NCBI GenBank assembly: GCA_051294375.1
Contig: CM119269.1
Span: 20,879,665 to 20,943,664 of the forward strand
Reading direction: 5' to 3'
Origin: Paraspadella gotoi
Lineage: Eukaryota > Animalia > Chaetognatha
Length of the DNA stretch: 64,000 bases
The notes beneath the pieces were generated by a model that had not been told where the DNA came from, did no database searches, and saw nothing but the letters and a program-made list of their open reading frames with translations. A program made the translations under genes and the position numbers. Shown here piece by piece: positions 1-13,700 of the stretch; the first letter of the stretch is position 1, and each line of letters starts with the position of its first letter.

Positions 1-54
1 TGAACTTGTCAAACTCTAACAGACAGTCGGACATGCGAAAAAAGCGTAAAAAAA

Positions 55-193
55 AAATTAATTAATTAATTAATAAATTAATAAATAATATATAAATAAA
101 TAATTTTAAAAAATAAATACATAAATTTAGAAAAAAATAAATTAAATTAAAAAATAAATAAATAAATGATTAAATAAATGATTAAATAAATGA

Positions 194-291
<98 letters not shown>

Positions 292-320
292 ATATTTAAA
301 TAAATAAATAAGTAAATAAA
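55..320. repeat. (TAAA)n microsatellite (copy at ~6965-7240)
   Basis: Direct inspection. Confidence 0.95.
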
Positions 321-689
321 ACAATCTTGGCGACTGCACGACTTGGTGCCATCAACAATCTCCGTTTTATTCTCGCAATATAATAGACTCGAATCGCCCC
401 CGTTGCAAACAAAAGGCTAAGCTTCTCTGTCTTGGCGGTCAGCGAGAAAGGATAAGATAGGCCAATAAAGAGAACCCGACGACGACGACGACGACGACGA
501 CGACGATCTCAATTTAACTACAGGACACGAAGCGCGACCACCCTCGTTGGGTCAAATTAAGTAACGGATTTTACATTAGGTTATTTGTTTTACATCCTCG
601 GTAACTCGCTACCTGATAATCGAAAAAAGCTAAAAAAAAAACAATGAGGTTATGATGATGATAACGCCAATAATGATAAAGATTATGGT

Positions 690-875
<186 letters not shown>

Positions 876-913
876 GACGACGCTAATGATGACACTGATT
901 CCTCTGATTCCAG

Positions 914-1056
914 GCTACTGGGTCCTCGGGCGTGAGCTCTGCGTGGTCTGGCTCATCGTCGACTTTCTCATCGGATCTGTTTCCGTTTTCTCGATCGCGC
1001 TCATCACTTTGGATCGATATTGGCTCGTCACCAAAGCCTTGGAATACAGATCGCAG
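914..1056 (+). CDS. HRH3-like: GPCR exon: ECL1-TM3-ICL2 (DRY motif)
   Basis: Acceptor ttccag ends at 913 with gctaat branch-like site upstream; donor gtgaag at 1057; phase 1 to 0; open translation with D3.32 and DRY. Confidence 0.9.
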
Positions 1057-3058
1057 GTGAAGATATTTCTCGATCCCGTCTGTCTGTCTGTCTGTCTGTC
1101 TTTCTCTCCTCCGTGGATCTATATTGCCTCTTCGACAAAGACTAGGATAAAATACTAACCTGGTAAAGATATTTGTCAGTCTGTGTTGTCCGTTTGTCAA
1201 TTCTTTGCTCTTTCGACCGGGTCAATCGCAAATGTGGGCGAAGTATGAAATCGAGTCATGGGTTACGAAATTTGAGTATGGCCGGTAAGGGACGCGAGCT
1301 ATGCAATACGCACATGGACAATAAAGTGAGATATGAGTCACGGTTGGGTCAGGGAGTCGCACAGGGCTACCTAAGAAAGAAAGAAGCAGCATTACGAACT
1401 CGAGCCTCGCAGTAATGAGGTGATTTGGTGACAAGGTGATGAGCTGATCACGTGATCAGGTGTTCATCGCGCTATCGACTTTTCACGGAAGATCGGATTC
1501 GCAGCGACGATAAATGGATTTTTCCCGCGTCGACTCGAATAACGACGACGAAGCAGAATCGCCGCATCCGTTGGACGAGAAACAAAAGCGCGGAAGGATA
1601 AATCCCTCCGTTTAAATCTTTACGTGTAAATCCTTCCATTCAAATATTTCTTTTAAAATCCTTTCATTTACATACTTTCGTTTAAATCCTTCTTTCTGAA
1701 TCCTTTTCCGTTTAAAATACTTTGCTTTAAAATTTAAATCTCGTTACTTTGGGAGACGGTTTAAAGATTTATTTAAATAAAGAGAAACATGTTCGTCTTT
1801 ATTTAAATAAATTGTTGTTGCCAATATTTAAACAGTCTCCCAAATCTATAACCCAACAAAAAAGAAAGGATTTTCACATAATGTCTAAAATCCCTTTACT
1901 TAAATCCTTGAATAGATGAATCATGACGATGTCTACCATCGAAGGAGTATCAAGCCACCAAAAGCAAATCGGATCGGAGACTCGGGCGATCTCCGCGGAA
2001 ATGGGAATCGCCGAATCCTGATTGGTCAAGCATGGTAGCAGAATCGACCAATCAGCTTGCAGAATCATTGGAACTGTAAAATCTACCAATGTCGCCGATC
2101 CTCTCTCCTAGATATAATTAGACCGAGCTTGTTTTAGTGCGTGTGTCTCAACGTCACCTTTATTCTCAGAAATATAACCTCGGTTGATTTCAGCCTCGAA
2201 ATCCATAACTTTTTCCTTAAATGCTTCGGAAGCTAAAAAACAAAATTCGAGGGTCATGGCAGCGATGAAATAAAAATATAACTATTTACATTGTGGGGGG
2301 GGGGAGGTCACTTAACCGCCTCGCTAGCAACGACATTGGCCCCAATTCCCTCTGACCTCACGGGCCAAAGCACCATTCCAACCTTGCGTTCTGGGATGAC
2401 AAAATTTGACGGTGCTAGTAAAAATGCGCGGGTCGCAGGAGGCGGCCGCTGAGGGTCAAAAGCTAATAAGGCCCAAAAAAATATCAATACGGCATTCGTT
2501 GAAGAATTTGAAATTTAGCCGCGTTTCTACACGGAAGTTACTTAAATGCAATAATTAATTAATACAAATTAAAGCTCTTCGATGCGAATTACGAACAAAT
2601 TATCTTTTTTTTAAGGAATAAGTTTATTCATTCACCTTTTATCCGCCGACTCCTTCACCGATTCACCGCCCTTCCCCCGCCGCCCCCCTACTCGTTTCAG
2701 CGCGTCTCACTGCGCGAGATAAACCGGGATCCCCTTCGGTCTTCTTCGCTGAACTGGAATCATGTTTCTCCCTTTTATTTCGTCCCCATATATTTTTTTT
2801 CGGCCTCGGTTATTCACCAACAATAATCGTTGCTCGGATCGTCACCATAAAGGTTATGGGCATCGACTTTGTCGTCGTCGTCGTCCTTCGCCGTTATTGT
2901 CGTCGTCGGCGTGGTCGTCCTCTTCGTCCTGAATCTTCATCATCTGCTATAAAGTCGGTGTTGTTGTCCGTTTGTATATATATTTCATATATCTCATATA
3001 TCTAATATCTCGTCGTCGAAAACACATCGATTAAGATATTACAATTTTTTAGTTAACT

Positions 3059-3101
<43 letters not shown>

Positions 3102-4992
3102 TGTTTTTAACGTTGGAGACAAGGTTTTCCAGGTCATCAGCAAAATTCAATAAAGCTAACGCGATCCGGGATTTGCTGTTATTGTCATTCTCGTCGTTGT
3201 CGTCGTCGTTTTTGTCTTTTTTTTTTACCTCGTCGTCGTCTTCTTCGACGTCGGCTTTTTTGTCTTCTTCTTCTTCTTCTTCTCCTTCTTCTTCTTCTCC
3301 TTCTTCCTCGTTGTTATCGTCGCCTTTTCTTTAGCTGCGCAAACACGAGGAATGAACCTTCGCTCTTAAATTGTTCGCTTCCCTTTCGAACCAATCTCGC
3401 GAAGACGTTGTGGTGTTGTTTGTTGTTGCTGCTGCTAAAGATCATGCTGATGCTAAAGATACTTCCGCTGCTGCAGTATATACGAAAAATGTTGTTGTTG
3501 TGCCAGGGCATTGCCCTTTGTTGGCCGGAAGGAAGAAATGACAAATTGAAATAAAGAGGAAAGAGAAAGAGAAATAAACGAGGAAGGAAAACCGGGAAAA
3601 AGATGAAGGACGTGATATTGAAGAGACAACGTGAATAACAAGAAAGGGCAATAGAAAAAAAAAAATCTAATGAAGATTCAACGAAAATAGATAGAAATAA
3701 GTAAATATTAAACAAAGAAAGAAATATGGTCAAGGATGCCAGAAATAAATTTATGAAAACTTCAAGGACAAAGTCGAAAAATAACTTTTTACAAAGAATT
3801 CTTTTTTTTTTTTTTTCGCGCCGGAGAAAAATCTTTTGAGTCAAGATTTGCGCCCAAGATTTTCCAACTTTCATTTCACAGGCACAAAAAAATCCATTTG
3901 ACAAACGAAAAGAAGCGGTGAGCAGTTGCTCCCGGCGGTCTGGCGTTTATTGTTCGCAGCCCAATGGTCCTATGTGGTTTCTCTCTGTCTCTCTGTCTCA
4001 CTCACTATCGTTTTCCCTCTCTGTCTCTAACTCTCTTTCTAACTCACTCACTTACTCGTTTGCGCGGGAAGTAAACGCCTTTCACTCTGCCGACTTTTCT
4101 CGAGTCAATCAATTCACTTTTTCAACCAACACAGTGTTTCCCAAAAAAAAAAAGGCAATAAGAATCGCCGCAATCACAGAGCCGTCAGCTCGCCTAGACT
4201 CAGCAATGGCCAAGTCAAATGATGTCATCAAAGACCACCTCACATCATGAATAAAACCGATGCACCGCTCGGTCGAGAATATGCTGACACACGACTGAGA
4301 GTGTGTCATTTTAGAGTTCAGACTGAACTTGAATGTTTTAACAGATGTATTGAAAAAATATTAAACATTTTTAAAAATAAAATATAAATTAATCAGACTT
4401 TCATGAGGTTAACTCTCTCCTCGACCAAAATGTAACTAGGAATGCTGTCAGAGGGAAACGGTAATTGAGATATAAAACCATTTCGATACTCACAATACTG
4501 ATCCAGAACAGATTTTGTATAACCATGTGTTGTATAGATGTTTCCTCTGTTTCCGTAGAACACCACTAACATCCCCCTCGCATTTTTTTTTCCAATGCGA
4601 CAAACTTTTATTGTATGTATATTTTTTAAATAAAATTCAAATTGTTATACGCAGCGCGATAATTATTTTTTCCCTCGTGCCGGGTCAGGCCTGAGTGGGT
4701 CGTGACTGAGGCCCGAGGGGGGTAAGCAGAGGGGGGGAGCGACGCCCCCCAAGAAAATTTTTTATGTCGGCGGAAACTCGACAGTATCTCTCTCCCGCGC
4801 CGGCGGCATCATGAAGCCTCATGAGCCTCGTTCGCCCATAACCGAGATTCATGGAGCTCATCTCCTCCTCCTTTCCTTTTCTTTCTCCGCCAACAGAAAA
4901 TGAGCACAAGGCCCGTGACGTTGCTCGTCGGAACTTGGACGCTCGCGCTCTGCATGTGGGCGCCCGCCATGATATTTTGGGAGATGATTTCA

Positions 4993-5030
<38 letters not shown>

Positions 5031-7747
5031 AGAGAGCAAACGAAATATAAAAATCCTTTTCAAAACCCTATGACAGTTCACTGGTTATCAGCATTAGCAA
5101 AAATAAAAATAATAAATGGAATAAAACCCGCCCCCCCAAAAAAAGCCGTTACTTTGGAGAAATGACATTTCTTCATTTCTTTATTTCCTAAATCGGCAAA
5201 AAAGATAAATATTTATGACCTGGAAAACGAAGGATACAGGATCCCATTCTTACTGAACCAGAGTCACGGCCGCGAGACGATTAAAACGTAACGACGTCCT
5301 CGATGTACAATGTAGTGCATAGTAGTACATATTAGTACATAGTACGTAGCCGCAACCTCGGCGCGTGAAAGATAAACTTTATCATAAAGACGGGGTGTGT
5401 TTGCTCGGCGGCTCCCTCACTATTAAAACTTTAAAAGGTTTTCATAACCCCGCCTGTTAGTCAAGCGAATTAAAATTTAAGCGCTAATTAGGCAGAAATC
5501 AAATGCTTTACGCTNNNNNNNNNNNNNNNNNNNNNNNNNNNNNNNNNNNNNNNNNNNNNNNNNNNNNNNNNNNNNNNNNNNNNNNNNNNNNNNNNNNNNN
5601 NNNNNNNNNNNNNNNNNNNNNNNNNNNNNNNNNNNNNNNNNNNNNNNNNNNNNNNNNNNNNNNNNNNNNNNNNNNNNNNNNNNNNNNNNNNNNNNNNNNN
5701 NNNNNNNNNNNNNNNNNNNNNNNNNNNNNNNNNNNNNNNNNNNNNNNNNNNNNNNNNNNNNNNNNNNNNNNNNNNNNNNNNNNNNNNNNNNNNNNNNNNN
5801 NNNNNNNNNNNNNNNNNNNNNNNNNNNNNNNNNNNNNNNNNNNNNNNNNNNNNNNNNNNNNNNNNNNNNNNNNNNNNNNNNNNNNNNNNNNNNNNNNNNN
5901 NNNNNNNNNNNNNNNNNNNNNNNNNNNNNNNNNNNNNNNNNNNNNNNNNNNNNNNNNNNNNNNNNNNNNNGTCGCCGACCCTGAGGCCTGGGAGACTTGC
6001 GAGCCTCCCTTCCGCAACACCCTGTGGTACCTGCTGGTCATGGCCGTTATTGAATTCTTCACGCCCTTCTGNNNNNNNNNNNNNNNNNNNNNNNNNCACG
6101 TCTGAAAGAAATATTTCCCTTTTCCTCCGAAAACGAACCATATTTCTTCGTCCACGATCCTTTAATGAAATCGTCCCTGGCGTTCATAAGGTGAATTTTT
6201 GCGTCATTGACGTAGTGACGCTAAGAGTTTCTGAGAAGATGAGAGAAGAGAGGAAGAGAGAGAGAGAGAGAGAAGATGAGAGAGAGAGAGAGAAAGAGAC
6301 TATAAATTTTAAAAATTGCATCAATATGTTGCCGTCTTACTCAGTTTGCTAGTAAAGGACGATGAAAAAAAATTAGATGAGAGATGAAAAATGTGAAAGA
6401 GATGAAAAATGTGATGAGCAGAAAAAATTGTGATGAGAGGAAGAAAAGGAGATAGAAAACGAGAAAGAAAAAAATAGAAAAATAGAAAAAAGGCGAAGAA
6501 ACAGAGAAAGAGAGAAATCTGGAATAACATAGGACGTCAACAGAATCACGACGGCACGACAGCGACGCCACAAGACGTTAATCATCAAAAAAACAACAAC
6601 AAGAGGCCAACGACGGCGCACACTTCGAAGCACTTACGGTGCCAAACGACGGCCATGGCAGATTTCGCCTCGCGACTGATGAAAAGAGGAAGGGTATTGC
6701 CGTCTACCGACGCTGACGCCGCCGCCGCCGCCGTCGCCGCCGCTGCGCGAAGCCGCCACCATTGTCAACATTTCTCAAGACGGACAGAGAGTGAAAAAAC
6801 CGCGAACCGGAAGAAATTCTTTGGAATTAAAAAACCAGAAAAAATAAACAACAAAAAAATTATATATTTTCGAAGGCTTCAGATACATAAAAGTCTGCCG
6901 TAAAAATCAATTGAACTTTGTCAAACCTCTAACAGACAGTCGACATGCGAAAAAAGCGTAAAAAAAAAATTAATTAATTAATTAATAAATTAAAATATAA
7001 TATATAAATAAATTAATTAAAAAAAAAAAATTAATTAAATTAAAAAATAAATAAATAAATGATTAAATAAAGATTAAATAAAATGATAAATAAATAAATA
7101 AAATTAAATTAAATAAAATAAATAAAAAGATAAATAAATAATATAAAATAAATAAATAAATAAATAAATAAATAAAAATAAATAAATAAATAAATAAATA
7201 ATAAAGTAAATATTTAAAGTAAATAAATAAGTAGAAAATAAAACAATCCTTTTGGCGCTGCACGAACTTTGCCATCAACAAATCTCCGTTTGTATTCTCG
7301 CAATATTAATAGACTCGAATATTCGGCCCCCGTTATTAGCAATACACCAAAAAGGCAAAGCTTCTCTGTCTTCGCGTCAGCGAGGAAAGGATTAAGACTA
7401 GAGCCAAATACACACCAAAACCCGACGACGACGACGACGACGACGAATCGACGATCTCAAAATTTAACTACAGCGACACGAAAGCACACCACCCTCGTTG
7501 GGTCAAATTAAGAAGTCAACGGATTTTACATTAGGTTATTTGTTTTACATCCTCCCGGTAACTCGCTACCTGATAATCGAAAAAGCTAAAAAAAAACAAT
7601 GAGGTTATGATGATGATAACGCCAATTATTATATTGATTATTATATGATTATTTATATTATTATTATTTATTATATTATTTATTATATATTATTATTATA
7701 TTATTATTATTATTATGATGATGATGCATGATGTGTGAGATGATGAA

Positions 7748-7783
<36 letters not shown>

Positions 7784-10700
7784 TGATGATGATGATGATA
7801 TTAACGATGATTTGATGATGACGATGACGATGGCGACGACGCTAATGCATTGATCACTGATTCCTCTGTATTCCAGGCACTGGGTCTCTCTATCTCTTTC
7901 TCATCGTCGACTTCTCACGGATCTGTTTCCGTTTCTCGATCGCGCTCATCACTTTTGGATCGCATATTGGCTCGTCACCAAAGCCTTGGAATACAGATCG
8001 CAGGGAAGATATTTTCTCGATCCCTCTGTCTGTCTGTCTTGCTGTCTTTCTCTCCTCCGTTGGATCTATATTGCCTCTTCGACAAAGACTAGGATAAAAT
8101 ACTAACCTGGGTAAAGATATTGTCAGTCTGTGTTGTCCGTTTGTCAATTCTTTGCTCTTTCGACCGGTCAAATCGCAAAATGTGGGCGAAGTATGAAATC
8201 GAGTCATGGGTTACGAAATTTTGAGTATGGCCGGTAAGGACGCGAAGCGATTGCAAACCCACATGGACAATAAAGTGAGAGATATGATTCACGGTTTGGG
8301 TCAGGGAGTCGCACAGGGTACCTAAGAAAGAAAGAAGCCAGGCATTACGAACTCGAGCCTCGCAAAGTAATGAGGTGATGTGGGACAAGTGATGAGCTTG
8401 ATCACTATCAGGGGTTTCATTCGCTGCTATCAAACTTTTCACGGAAGATCGTTATCGCAGCGAACGATAAATGGATTTTTCCCGCGTCGGACTCGAATAA
8501 CGACGAGAAGCAACCGAATCGCCGCATCCGTTGACGAGAAACAAAAGCGTCGGAAAAGGATAAATCCCGCGTTTAAATCTTTACGTGTAAATCCTTCCAT
8601 TCAAATATTTCTTTTAAAATCCTTTCATTTACATACTTCGTTAAAATCCTTCTTTCTGAATCCTGTGTCCGTTTAAAATACTTGCTTTAAAATTTAATCT
8701 CGTTACTTGGGAGACGGTTTAAAATTTTATTTAAATAAAGAGAAAAACATGTTCGTCTTTATTTAAAATAAATTGTTGTTGCCAAATATTTTAAACAGTC
8801 TCCCAAAATCTATTAACCCAACAAAAAAGATAAGATTTCACATAATGTCTAAAAGCCCTTTCTTGAATATAGAATCATGACGATGTCTAACCAAATCGAA
8901 GGAGTATCCAAGCCACCAAAAGCAAATCGGCATCGCGAGATCGGCGATCTCCGCGGAAATGGAATTCGCCGAATCCTGATTGGTCAACATGGTGCAGAAT
9001 CGACCAATCAGCTTTGCCAGAATCATTGAACTGCTTAAAATCTACCAATGGTCGCCGATCCTCTCTCCTAGATATAATTAGACCGAAGCTTGTTTTAGTG
9101 CGGTGTTCTCAACGTCACCTTTATTCTCAGAAATATAAGCCTCGGTTGATTTCAGCCTCGAAATCATAACTTTTTCCTTAAATGCTTCGGAAGCTAAAAA
9201 ACAAAATTCGAGGTCATGGCAGCGATGAAAATAAAAAATAAACTATAACATTTTGGTTGGGGGGGAGGGGGAGGTCACCTTAACCGCCTCGCCTAGCAGA
9301 CGACATTGGCGCCCAATCCCTCTGACCTCACGCAAAGCACCATTCCAGCCTGCGTCTGGGATGACAAAATTTGACGGTGCTAGTAAAAAAGCCGGGTCGC
9401 AGAGGCGGCCGCACTTGGGGGTCAAAAGCTAATAAGAGCCCAAAAAATACCTCAATACGGCATTTCGTTGGAAGAATTTGAAAATGTTAGCGCCGCGTTT
9501 TCTACACGGAAAGTTACTTAAAAGTGCAAAATTAATTAATACAAATTAAAGCTTCTTCGATGCGAATTACCGACACCAAATTAATTCTTTTTTTAAGGAA
9601 TAAGTTTATTCATTCACCTTTATCCGGCCGACTCCTTCACCATTCACCGCCCTTCCCCGCCGCCCCCCTACGTCGTCAGCGCGTTCACTGCCGCCGAGAA
9701 AACCGGATCCCCTCGGTTCTTCTTCGCTGAACTGGATTCATGTTTCTCCCTTTTATTCGTCGCCCCATATATTTTTTTACGCCTCGGTTATTCACCAACA
9801 AAATCGTTGCTCGGATCGTCGACCATAAAGTTATGGGGCATCACTTTGTCGTCGTCGTCTCCTTCGCCGTATTGTCGTCGTCGGCGTGTCGTCCTCTTCG
9901 CTCCTGAATCTTCATCATCTGCTATAAAGTCGGTGTTGTTGTCCGTTTGTATATATATGTCATAAATCTATATATCTAATATCTCGTCGTCGAACAAACA
10001 TCGCATTAAGATATACAATTTTTAGTTAACTTCGTCGCGTTCGTCGTGCGTCGTCGTCGTCGTCGTCGTCTTTTTAACGTTGGGACAAGGTTTTCCAGGT
10101 CATCAGCAAAATTCAATAAAGCTAACGCGATCCGGGATTGCTGTTATTTGTCATTCTCGTCGTTGTCGTTCGTCGTTTTTGTCATTTTTTTTTTACCTCG
10201 TCGTCGTCTTCTTCGACGTCGGCTTTTTTTGTCTTCTTCTTCTTCTCTTCTTCTTCTTCTTCTTCTTACTTCTCCTTCTTCCTCGTTGTATGTCGCCTTT
10301 TCTTTAGCAAGCCCGCAAAAAACCCCACCGGGAGGAATGGGAAAAAACCCTTCCCCTTTTTTTTTTTTTTCTTTTTTTATTGTTCGCTTCCTTTCGAACC
10401 AATCTCGCGAAGACGTTGTGGTGTGTTTGTTGTGCTGCCTGCTAAAGATCATGCGATGCTAAAGATAACTTCCGCTGCTGCAGTATATACGAAAAAGTTG
10501 TTGTTGTGCCAGGGCATTGCCCTTTGTTGGCCGGAAGGAAGAAATGAAAATGAAATAAAGAGAAAGAGAAGAGAAATAACGAGAAGTGCAAACCGGGAAA
10601 AAGATGAAAGGACGTGATATTAAGAGACAAACGTGAATAACAAGAAAGTGGCAATAGAAAAAAAAATCTAATGAAGATTCAACGAAAATAATAGGAAATA

Positions 10701-13700
10701 AGTAAATATTAAACAAAGAAAGAAATATGGTCAAGGATCCAAAATAAATTTATTGAAAACTCCAAGGACCAAAGTCGAAAAATAACTTTTTACAAAGAAT
10801 CTTTTTTTTTTTTTCGCGCGGAGAAAAATCTTTTGAGCTTCAAGATTTTGCGGCCCAAAGATTTTCCAACTTTCATTCACAGGCACAAAAAAAATCCAGT
10901 TTGACAAACAACAAGAACGGTGAGCAGTTGCTTCCCCTGTCGCTCGTTATTTCGCAGCCCATGTCCTATGTGGTTTCTCTCTTCTCTCTGTCTCACTCAC
11001 TATCGATTTTTCCCTCTGTCTCTAAACTCTCTTTTCTAACTCACTCACTTACTCGTTTGCGCGGGAAGTAAACCCCTGCTACTTTTCTCAAGTCAATCCA
11101 ATCACTTTTTACAACCATAACGGAGTTTTCCCCCCAAAAAAAAGCAAAAGAAATCACCGCCAAATCAAAGTCAGCTCCTAACCAGCCAAACATAGTTCAT
11201 CATAACCAATCACATCAGAAAAAACGATGCTCAGGTGTGACAAGCTGAGAAGTGATTTTAGATGTTAGACTGAACTTGAATTAACAGATATATTGAAAAA
11301 AATATTAAACATTTAAAAAATAAATATTAAATTAGTCGAGTCTTTTCATTTTAGAAACAATTTTTTCAGACTTTCATGAGTGAACTCTCTCCTCGACCAA
11401 AAGTAACTAGGAATTCGCTGTCAGAAGGGAAACAGTAATTGAGATATAAAACCATTTCGATACTCACAATACTGATCCAGAACAGATTTTGTATAACCAT
11501 TTTGCATATAGATGTTTCCTCTGGATTCGTAGAGCACCATAACATCCCCCTGCATTTTTTTTTCCAATGCGACAAACTTATTGTATATAAATAGTTTTTT
11601 AAATAAATTTAAAATTGTTATACGCAGCGCGATAATTATTTTTTTCCCTCGTGCCGGGTCAAGGCCTGAGTGGGTCGTGGAGTGAGCCCGAGGGGGTAAA
11701 GCAGAGGGGGAGCGAACGCCCCCCAAGAAAATTTTTATTTGTCGGCGGGAAACTTGACAGTATCTCTCTCCCGCCCGCGGCATCATGAAGCCTCATTAGC
11801 CTCGTTCGCCCATAACCGCAGATTCACTGGAGCTCATCTCCAATCCTCCTTTCCTTTTCTTTTCTTCCGCCACAAGAAAAATGAGCACAAGCCCTGACGT
11901 TGCTCGTCGGAACTGTGGACGCTCGCGCTCTGCATGTGGGCGCCGCCATGATATTTTGGAGGATGATTCAGTGCAGAGAGAAGAGAGAGAGAGAAGAGAG
12001 AGATGACGAGAGAGATGAGAAAAGAAACGAGTCAAGAGAGGAGAAGAGAGAGAGAGAGAAGAAGAGCAAACGAAATATTAAAAATCCTTTTTCAAAACCC
12101 TATGAGCAGTTCACTGGTTATTCAGCATTAGCAAAAATAAAAAATAATTAATGGAATAGAACCCGCCAAAAAAAAAAAAAAAATACATTCTCATTCTTTA
12201 TTCCTAAATCGGCAAAAAAATAAATATTTATGACCTGAGAAAACGAAGGATAGCATCCTTTCTTACTGAACCAGAGTCACGGCCGCGAGACGATTAAAAA
12301 CGTAACGGACGTCCTCGATTGTTACAATTGTAGTGCATTAGTAGTACATGATTAGCTACATAGTACGTAGCTGCAACACTCGGCGCGTGAAAGAATAAAC
12401 TTTATATAAAGACGGGTGTGTTTGCTCATGCGGCTCCCTCATATTAAAGACTTAAAAGTGTTTCATAACCCCGCCGGTTAGTCAAGCGGAATAAAAATTT
12501 AAGCCGCTAATCATGGGCAAAGAAATTCAAATGCTTTACACTCGATGCTGTGGTCGGGCAAAGTTTTTGAAAGTCACTGTCACACGTGTGAGTGTCACCT
12601 ATATTGTCCTAAATCCGGCACGTTAATTCCCTCAGGTCGTTCCACAAGAGGAAGAGGCGTTGAAACCCTTTAATACGCTTTGGCCCCAGAAAATGACAGG
12701 GCGGAAGTCTCGCTAATATATAATACTACTTTTCCAGCGGTTTCTGACGCCCGCTATCTTTTCTTTCTTTTTTCATCTTTCTTTGTTTCCTCTATTTCCC
12801 TTTATTTTCTCTCTCTCTCTCTCTTCTCTCTCTTCTCTACTCTCTCTCTCTCTCTCCTCTTCGTCTCTCTCTCTCCTCTCTCTCTTCTCTCATTATGAAG
12901 CTAATATATACTGTGCAAACCACGCTAACTCATCCCTATTTTTTTTCACATCCGCCCGCACACGGGATTCCACTATCTGCTTTCCCCACAGTTCCTTTCT
13001 CTCTTCTCTCTCTTCTCGCTTCTATCGCCCCTCCCTCATCCCTGCCCTTGCTCTTTCACTCTCGGTTCCCCCAGGGTCCCGACCTGAGGCTGGGAGGACT
13101 TGCCGAAGTCCTCCCATTCCGCAACACGCTTCTGCGGCCTTGTGGTAACCTGCTTGTCATTGGGCGGTTATGTGAATTCTTACGTGATTTGGTATGTAGG
13201 CGGGACCCGTGTCTGCGTTCGAGTCGCTGTGGCTCCAATTGTGCAGGGTTGGGAATGTGGGGGTAAAGGGTAGAGAGATAGTAGATGATAGATTGGAAAA
13301 TTCAGACAAGATTTTGTGAAGTAGATTGATTGACGTGGCGAGAGAGAGAGAGAGGACGAGGAGAGAGAGGAGAGAAGCAGGAGAGAGTGGAAAAGAGAAG
13401 GGAAGATGAGAGATGAGAGAAGAGAGAGAGAGAAAGAGAGGACGAGGACGAGAGGAGAGAGAGAGAGAGAAAGTGATTCCTCCCATTTGAATTCGTTCTT
13501 TTTATTTTTTATTGTTATTGTAGTCGTCGTCTACAATAATATCGAGAACAGACAGACGGTTGGTTCGCCCCGAAAGGCAGAGGCCAACGAGGAGCGTTTG
13601 AACAGGGAAGAGGAGGATGAGGATGAGGAAGAGGAAGAAGTTAGGGAAGTACGAGAGTGTCTTCCGACGGAGGGTAAAAGATGTCTCATTAGCTCACTGG

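Noticed and set aside
2690-3340. GC-rich (GTC)n/(TTC)n ORFs in the GPCR intron
   Set aside because: Low-complexity, with stops in plausible frames and no homology recognised.
5488-6155. Long ORFs spanning N runs (also 21.3, 22.6, 44.7, 45.4 kb)
   Set aside because: Artefacts of translating assembly gaps.
6912-13246. GPCR pseudogene paralog
   Set aside because: Uniform indel noise across exons and introns fits read error better than decay; treated as a redundant copy.
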